From Spirochaetota bacterium (lineage in GTDB: Bacteria; Spirochaetota; UBA4802; UBA5550): a stretch of 64,000 bases of DNA. The stretch lies in contig OY760686.1 of the NCBI GenBank assembly GCA_963663865.1, forward strand, positions 448,001-512,000, read 5' to 3'. Shown one piece after another: positions 57,576-64,000 of the stretch. Numbering within the stretch: position 1 is the first letter of the stretch; each line of letters starts with the position of its first letter. The position numbers were made by a program, and so were the translations under genes. The notes below the pieces were generated by a model. That model had not been told where the DNA came from, ran no database searches, and saw only the letters and a program-made list of their open reading frames with translations.

Positions 57576-58994
57576 TTAAATTACGGTGTCGATATAGTCG
57601 ATGTAATTTGTTATGAGCTGATATTTCAGTTTTACTATTTCTGTTTTTGCGGATGCGATGGAATTCTGTGTCTGTATAAGATATGAAAGATTAAGCCTGC
57701 CGCGCGAGTATTTTCTTTTTTCAGCCGCAAGCTGCCTGTTAAGAGTGTTGAGGTACTCTGTTTTTTTATCAATCATCTGCTTAAGCGCTCTCGCTGATTC
57801 TGAGAGGGTCAGGACTGTTTTTGTGTATGTGTTGACTGCTGCTTCTTTTTCGTATTGAAGCGATTTGAGCTGAATATTAACCGAGTCGAGCCCGCTTTCA
57901 GCCTCATTGTTGCCAAGTTTGTATTCAAACTCAAATCCAAGGTTCCAGTCTCTGTAGGGGAGATCAGAAAAGGCGTCATCCTTGCTCCCGCTTAGGTTTT
58001 TTTGCGTCACTCCGGCAGTGATGTTCAGTTCCGGGAGCAGCCTGTTTTCGTAGACACCTTTCGAGTAACGGAGCTGTTCAAGCGCGAGTGAAAGTATTTT
58101 TGCTGTAGTCGTCTGTTCAAAGCCGATAATACTGTATTCGGAGGTATAGGCTTTTTGATACCATTCATCAAACTCTGTATCAGATGGGCTGATGTCCCTG
58201 CTTCCAAGGTAGACGTAGAGGCTGTTGATCAGGTTGTTCAGTGAAGCTCTGTTGTCTTCAAGAGAGCGCTGATATTCCAGAACAGTGGCTGCTGTTTTCT
58301 GATAGTCATCTTCGTCGGCGAGGCCGTTCTGATAGTTCCGTTTGACCTGACTGCGCTGTATGATTGAGTTGGCAAGCTCCTTTTCTGTGTTGTCGAGCTG
58401 CTTAATGAAAAAAATCCACTGGAAGTACAGCTTTTTGTAAGAGTTAAGTGTTGATTTGTTTGATTCGAGTATTTTGACCTTCTCTATTTCAACCTGCATG
58501 GCGGTGTTGTTCTCAGTAAATCTGTCAATCTTTCCAAGAAAGTTGTAAAGAATAGGCTGTTTTACTGTGATGCCTACTGCTGGTGTGTACGTGTTGCGCG
58601 ATTCAAAAGCGGAAAAGCCTTCCATTCCGCTTCTGGAATAGCCGAGATCAACCTGTACGTCTGTTCCGGTGGATGTGAACTTTTTAGCGAGTCCTGCAGT
58701 AAGCTCCGAACTTATACTATTTCCTGCTTCGTTGCCCAGGTAGGCAAGGACCTGGCTTGATGAGCTGTATGCTCCGGATGAGGTAAGGCTGATATCGCTC
58801 AGGGAACGGGCGCTTTTGAGGGCGTTTATCTGTGTGAGCAGGTCAATCCCGTTGGCCTTAATCTCAGGCATGTTGGATGTCACTGTTTCCAGATACAGTT
58901 TGAAATCAAGGGATTTGGCTTTCTCTGAGACATCCGCACTGAAAGCAGATGTTGAGCAAAGCAATAAGGCTGTCAAGAGTGCTGATTTTCTCAT
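57576..58994 (-). CDS. TolC family outer-membrane efflux protein
   Basis: Signal peptide, ITVKQPIL, LLPELNITAG, AEKRKYSRG duplicated OEP layout. Confidence 0.88.
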   Translation of the reverse strand: MRKSALLTALLLCSTSAFSADVSEKAKSLDFKLYLETVTSNMPEIKANGIDLLTQINALKSARSLSDISLTSSGAYSSSSQVLAYLGNEAGNSISSELTAGLAKKFTSTGTDVQVDLGYSRSGMEGFSAFESRNTYTPAVGITVKQPILYNFLGKIDRFTENNTAMQVEIEKVKILESNKSTLNSYKKLYFQWIFFIKQLDNTEKELANSIIQRSQVKRNYQNGLADEDDYQKTAATVLEYQRSLEDNRASLNNLINSLYVYLGSRDISPSDTEFDEWYQKAYTSEYSIIGFEQTTTAKILSLALEQLRYSKGVYENRLLPELNITAGVTQKNLSGSKDDAFSDLPYRDWNLGFEFEYKLGNNEAESGLDSVNIQLKSLQYEKEAAVNTYTKTVLTLSESARALKQMIDKKTEYLNTLNRQLAAEKRKYSRGRLNLSYLIQTQNSIASAKTEIVKLKYQLITNYIDYIDTVI

Positions 58995-59262
58995 TGGATA
59001 CCATCCATATATTATAAATAATAAATATTATACTAATAAAAAAGGCCATGTTTCTATCCCGTTAAGATTAGTCAATATTTAAAACTAATAAACTATGAAA
59101 GGTTAAAAAGCGAAATGGTTCCGCAGGAAAGTAAAAACGTGATAACTTTACAAATAATCAATATTTTTCTAAAAAAATCAACAATCAATAATGTTCTTTA
59201 CTTAATTGGAATAATAGACTAAACTTACTCATGCTGAGTTGCATAAGTAGTTATTTATATGA

Positions 59263-61779
59263 ATGTCCCGAACGGGACAAGCGCCCATTTTAAGCCCGGT
59301 GGATGGATTTCCTGGCATGATATTCAGAATACTTACAGCCTTTCTTTTGCTAACAGTCGTGTCAGTCTTAGCCGCTGCGGGCAACGCAGTGATGTCTCTC
59401 TCTTCAGAGGAGACTCAGTGGCTTGATGAGCACAAGGGAAGGATAAACCTGGCTTTTGATCCGAATTTCCCGCCCCTCGAATATGTCGATAACGAAGGAA
59501 ACTACAGAGGTTTTTCGGCTGATCTCATCAGGGCTCTTGAAAAAAAAATTGGATTCAGGTTTAACAGGTCAATTTATACCTCGTGGAAAGACGTTCTGGA
59601 CGGAGCGAGACGGGGTGAGGTTGATGTTGTTACAATGCTTTCAGAAACACCTGAGCGCCGAGGGTATCTTTTATTCACCCGCCCCTACATAAGCATTCCG
59701 TTTGTTATTGTTTCAACATCGAAACTGAAAGGAAATGCTGACTTCGAAAACCTGAAGGGGAAAAAGGTCGGTGTTGTCCATTCGTATACCATTCACGAGA
59801 TAGTCATGAGAGAACATCCTGCTATCGATATTGTCCCGGTTGATAATGAACGATCCGGTCTGCTGAAGCTTTCGGCAGGTGAGTTGGATGCAATGGTCAT
59901 GTATGTCTCAACAGCTTCCTATTTCATCAGGAATCTGGGGCTTACGGACATGAGGATTTCAGATGTTGTTAAATACAGGTACGGATTTAGCATTGGTGTC
60001 AGCAATAAGTATCCTATACTGAGGGACATTCTTCAAAGGGCCCTTGATGAAATCGGCAAAGAAGAGATTGATACCTACTACGACCGATGGGTAAAAATCA
60101 GCACAATATTTTTTTATGAAAGCCCCCGATTCTGGCGTACGGCAGGAGTCGTTCTGGGAGCGATTGCGGTTTTTTTACTCCTAATAGTCTACTATAACAG
60201 GAGGCTTAAGGACCAGGTAACAAAAAAAACAAATGAATACATCATGGCCCGCAACAATCTCATCACTGTTTTCAACTCGATTCAGTCTGCCCTGTTTATC
60301 GTTTCAAACAGTGGGGCTATAACCCAGATGAATGTTTCAGCTGTTGAGCTGCTTGAAAATACCGGCAATATTGATTCGGCAGGGGGATTGTTCTGGGAGG
60401 CCGTTCCAGAGCTCAAGTTATACAGGAGCGACTTCGACGGGGTAATCAGAACGCTGAAGCCAAGGAACATCCACAGAATTGATATCGGGCAGAATGAAAG
60501 GCGGTACACAGTCAATGTTTTCTTCATACCAGTGTCATTTGAGGAGGACTCGGGAGCAATTATCCGGATAGATGATATATCTGAGCTCGAAAAAAAAGAA
60601 AAGCTTCTTCGTGACGCCCAAAAAATGGAAATAATTGGGACGCTTGCCGGCGGAATTGCTCATGATTTCAACAATATCCTGGGCGGAATAATCGGGTTTG
60701 TATCTATAATGAAGATAAAACTTGAAAAGGGGGAGAGTATTCCCGAGGAGAGACTGAAAAAATATCTGACGATGCTGGACGAATCGGGTCACAGAGCGGC
60801 GGAACTCGTACAGCAGCTGCTTCTTCTCGGGAAAAAACGGGACCTTGATGCTGTTCCGATTGATCTGAACAGGAAGCTCGAATATATTGTTGATGTATGC
60901 AGAAATTCCTTCGATAAAAGCATTGTAATAAAACCTGGCTTCTATGATTCGCCGGTAATGATTAGCGGGGATCCTGGACAGATTGAGCAGGCCCTGCTTA
61001 ATATTTTTATCAATGCTTCACATGCCATGACAATAATGAGGGCTGAAGATGAGAAGCAGGGCGGTGAGCTGGGATTCTACTTTGACAGGTATACCGCGGA
61101 CGGATATGAGTTTCATCACGACCTGAGTCCGGGTGATTACTGGGTTCTGTCGATATATGATTCAGGAGTCGGGATGACCGGCAGCGATGCGGCCAGGATA
61201 TTCGATCCATTTTTTTCTACCAAGCCGAAGGGACAGGGAACAGGACTGGGCTTAACAATGGTATATAATATAATTACCGGTCATGGCGGCTTTGTGAATG
61301 TGTATTCGGAACGAGGCGTGGGAACGACATTCAAGATCTATCTGCCGGTGCTTGAGTCAGCTGATAACAACAGCGTAGAGGCTTCAGTCAGCAAAGAGGT
61401 GCCGACGGGTGAGGGCTGTATTCTCGTTGTTGATGATGAGCAGGTCATCAGAGAAATTGCCGGCTCGATACTGACTGAATGCGGATATGACGTAGTCACC
61501 GCCGAAAACGGATTTGAGGCGCTGAATATTTTCAGGGAAAGGGCAGCTGAGATTAAACTTGTCTTACTTGATATGGCCATGCCCGGTATGTCTGGACTCG
61601 AGGTATTTGTTGAGCTTCAAAAAATGGATACAGAGGTGCGCGTTCTTCTGTCATCGGGCTTCCGAATGGACGAAAGGGTGCAAAAGGCCATTGGACTCGG
61701 GGTTAAGGGGTTTGTCCAAAAGCCCTATAACTTCCGAAAGCTGGCTGAAGAGGTCGCCTCCGTTATTTCTATGGTGTAG
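59263..61779 (+). CDS. Hybrid histidine kinase (periplasmic SBP family 3 sensor, PAS, HisKA, HATPase, REC)
   Basis: DPNFPPLE, GTLAGGIAHDFNNIL, NIFINA, DSGVG, FDPFFSTK, GTGLGL, LVVDDE..LLDMAMPG..KPY. Start may be ATG 59317. Confidence 0.95.
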   Translation: MSRTGQAPILSPVDGFPGMIFRILTAFLLLTVVSVLAAAGNAVMSLSSEETQWLDEHKGRINLAFDPNFPPLEYVDNEGNYRGFSADLIRALEKKIGFRFNRSIYTSWKDVLDGARRGEVDVVTMLSETPERRGYLLFTRPYISIPFVIVSTSKLKGNADFENLKGKKVGVVHSYTIHEIVMREHPAIDIVPVDNERSGLLKLSAGELDAMVMYVSTASYFIRNLGLTDMRISDVVKYRYGFSIGVSNKYPILRDILQRALDEIGKEEIDTYYDRWVKISTIFFYESPRFWRTAGVVLGAIAVFLLLIVYYNRRLKDQVTKKTNEYIMARNNLITVFNSIQSALFIVSNSGAITQMNVSAVELLENTGNIDSAGGLFWEAVPELKLYRSDFDGVIRTLKPRNIHRIDIGQNERRYTVNVFFIPVSFEEDSGAIIRIDDISELEKKEKLLRDAQKMEIIGTLAGGIAHDFNNILGGIIGFVSIMKIKLEKGESIPEERLKKYLTMLDESGHRAAELVQQLLLLGKKRDLDAVPIDLNRKLEYIVDVCRNSFDKSIVIKPGFYDSPVMISGDPGQIEQALLNIFINASHAMTIMRAEDEKQGGELGFYFDRYTADGYEFHHDLSPGDYWVLSIYDSGVGMTGSDAARIFDPFFSTKPKGQGTGLGLTMVYNIITGHGGFVNVYSERGVGTTFKIYLPVLESADNNSVEASVSKEVPTGEGCILVVDDEQVIREIAGSILTECGYDVVTAENGFEALNIFRERAAEIKLVLLDMAMPGMSGLEVFVELQKMDTEVRVLLSSGFRMDERVQKAIGLGVKGFVQKPYNFRKLAEEVASVISMV

Positions 61780-61930
61780 TATGATTAAGCCGGTCTTATG
61801 CTGAATAATTCACTCAACGCTGCCTGCCGCAAAGCGTAAATATCCCCCCCCCTGAAAAAAGAGTAGAATTCTTTTCTTGACTCAATGGATTGGCGGCAAA
61901 TATTGACATAAACCTAAACAGGGAAAGATC

Positions 61931-63523
61931 ATGAGCGATATAAATCACGAAATTAAGCGAAGACGCACTTTCGCTATAATATCACATCCGGATGCTGGAA
62001 AGACCACTTTGACGGAAAAGCTGCTTCTGTATGGGGGGGCGCTTGAGCTTGCGGGTTCTGTTACCGCCAAGAAGAAGCAGCGGGACACATCGTCAGACTG
62101 GATGGAGCTTGAAAAGAAAAGAGGGATCTCAATATCTTCGACGCTGCTTCAGTTTGAGTACAGGGGATTCAGAATGAACCTGCTTGACACTCCGGGGCAC
62201 AGAGACTTCTCTGAGGACACTTACCGGGTGCTTATGGCGGTTGACGCTGTTATCATGGTAATCGACGCCGGTAAGGGAATTGAAAGCCAGACGCGGAAGC
62301 TGTTTGAAATTTGCCGCAGGCGGGGAATACCCATCTTTACCTTTATGAATAAGCTTGACCGACCGGCCATGCAGCCGCTTGAACTTATTGATCAGCTTGA
62401 GAAAGTTCTTAACATTCACGCGTTTCCTGTCAACTGGCCGCTTGAAAGCGGCCCTTATTTCAAGGGCGTTTATGACCGGCTGCAGAAAAAAGTACACATG
62501 TACGAAAAGGTACCAGGAGGCGCTTACCGGGCCCCTGTGTCCATTCGCGGAATAGATGATCCTCTGGTCAGAGAAGTACTTCCTCCTCAGTCATATGAGC
62601 AGATCGTCGAGGAGATCGAGATGCTCGATATCGCGCAGGGCGGCTTTGACGACAGGGCAGTTTTTGCCGGAGAGACTACTCCGGTTTTTTTCGGCAGCGC
62701 GGCCAACAACTTCGGTATTGAGCTGATGCTTGAAGGCTTTCTTAATCATTCGGGAGGACCGGCGTCCCGTCTGTCGGGCGGGATTGAGGTCCCGCTTGAG
62801 GGGCCGGCTTTTTCGGGCTTTGTTTTTAAGATACAGACGAACATGAACCGCCAGCACAGAGACAGAATGGTATTTGTAAGAATCTGTTCCGGAAGGTTTA
62901 CGAGGGACATGACGGCTGTTAACAAGAGGACCGGTAAGGAGGTCAGGCTTTCAAGCTCTCACAGTATGTTCGGGAGGGACCGGGAAACAATTGACGAGGC
63001 ATTCGCGGGAGATATTCTCGGATTTATAACCAATGCGGATTTCAGAATCGGGGACACCGTAACTACTGACCAGTCTGTTTCATTTAGCGAAATCCCGCGT
63101 TTTGCTCCCGAGTGTTTCGCCTATATTCAGAATACAACGGTTTCGAATTATAAATCGTTCAGAAAAGGACTTGATCATCTTTTAGCGGAGGATATTGTCC
63201 AGGCGTTTAACCTTGAGAGTCATGTGAGTCCCGTACCGCTGCTCGGGGCTGTCGGCCCGCTGCAGTTTGAGGTAATGCAGTACCGGCTTAGCGATGAATA
63301 CAATGTTGAGTCGAGACTTGATACAAAGCAGTGGGAATTGCTAAGGTGGCTGCCATCCGGTGAATCCGCGGCTGATTACAGAGACAGGTTGCCTATGAAC
63401 TGCGCATTCGGCGCTGATGACAGAGGCCGTTCGGTGCTTCTGTTCCCGAATGAATGGACTATGAACTTTTTCAGGGAAAAAAATCCTGAAACAGTTCTTC
63501 TGGATTCACCGGATGCCGGGTGA
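61931..63523 (+). CDS. prfC: Peptide chain release factor 3
   Basis: RRTFAIISHPDAGKTTLTEK, SDWMELEKKRGISI, DTPGHRDFSEDTYR, NKLD, GAVGPLQFEV. Confidence 0.98.
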   Translation: MSDINHEIKRRRTFAIISHPDAGKTTLTEKLLLYGGALELAGSVTAKKKQRDTSSDWMELEKKRGISISSTLLQFEYRGFRMNLLDTPGHRDFSEDTYRVLMAVDAVIMVIDAGKGIESQTRKLFEICRRRGIPIFTFMNKLDRPAMQPLELIDQLEKVLNIHAFPVNWPLESGPYFKGVYDRLQKKVHMYEKVPGGAYRAPVSIRGIDDPLVREVLPPQSYEQIVEEIEMLDIAQGGFDDRAVFAGETTPVFFGSAANNFGIELMLEGFLNHSGGPASRLSGGIEVPLEGPAFSGFVFKIQTNMNRQHRDRMVFVRICSGRFTRDMTAVNKRTGKEVRLSSSHSMFGRDRETIDEAFAGDILGFITNADFRIGDTVTTDQSVSFSEIPRFAPECFAYIQNTTVSNYKSFRKGLDHLLAEDIVQAFNLESHVSPVPLLGAVGPLQFEVMQYRLSDEYNVESRLDTKQWELLRWLPSGESAADYRDRLPMNCAFGADDRGRSVLLFPNEWTMNFFREKNPETVLLDSPDAG

Positions 63524-63620
63524 TTCCAGCGCTACAGTGAAAAATATTGTTGCGCTTTGCGAAGCCGGGTGTATGATAGATGTATTATAATAGCATAAAC
63601 TGATATTATTGGAGGTCGAT

Positions 63621-64000
63621 ATGCCGATATACAATAGAATTCTTGTTCCGGTCAATCTTGACGCGGATGAGTTGCCCTCGCTGGACTCAGCATTGGATTT
63701 CGCTGTTCACTTTAAGGCCAGTGTACACTTTTTTTATGTAAATGATGACGCGGCCGGTTACAGACATCCGGCTGATGGACCTGAGGCGGTTTCACTTAGA
63801 GTGAAGGAAGCTGTTCCAGGCGATCTGCTGGAAAAGGTTTCGCCTGTTTATGCAGTATCAAAGGGCAATGTCGGCGATGAGGTAAAAAAGTATGCGAATG
63901 AAAATGCAATCGATCTTGTCATCACAACGCATACACATCACATGAAGTTTATCGCTTCAATAACCGACAGCACAAGCGATAAAATCGTCAATTCTGTTGA
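63621..64000 (+). CDS. Universal stress protein (3' truncated by window)
   Basis: GGAGG RBS. Own translation MPIYNRILVPVNLD...VHFFYV...GNVGDEVKKYANENAIDLVI...STSDKIV. Confidence 0.85.
   Translation, partial: MPIYNRILVPVNLDADELPSLDSALDFAVHFKASVHFFYVNDDAAGYRHPADGPEAVSLRVKEAVPGDLLEKVSPVYAVSKGNVGDEVKKYANENAIDLVITTHTHHMKFIASITDSTSDKIVNSV

Noticed and set aside
1-64000. CRISPR arrays, tRNA/rRNA, IS elements, known riboswitches
   Set aside because: No regularly spaced repeats, cloverleaf or rRNA signatures, transposase ORFs or recognisable riboswitch consensus were seen by eye. A covariance-model scan would be needed to exclude them fully.

Overview
Ordinary chromosomal (non-mobile) 64-kb segment of a bacterium that is most likely a free-living member of Spirochaetota. 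This is an inference from a spiro-SPASM/SpsF/SurA block, a membrane-anchored TPR-Mrr-like protein, many lipoproteins and citramalate synthase. No rRNA, tRNA, CRISPR array, integrase or transposase was seen. Housekeeping genes: purD, radA, ruvA, pyk, ftsK, uppP, rnj, dut, murI, cimA, prfC, plus a TolC/RND/MarR efflux unit and a hybrid histidine kinase. Most noteworthy: (1) a divergent envelope locus at 46.9-53.8 kb with two beta-propeller lipoproteins with pilin-like N-termini and a glycosyltransferase opposite a FecR-like protein with twin C-terminal VxVxxxWP strands, an SLH-like protein and a beta-barrel; (2) two paralogous GH3-fold lipoproteins that have both lost the canonical sugar-binding residues; (3) a candidate three-way-junction RNA with a terminator ahead of ruvA, plus other structured intergenic regions; (4) two small ORFs missing from the ORF track; (5) several catalytically degenerate domains. 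All family calls come from recognising motifs by eye, not from database searches.
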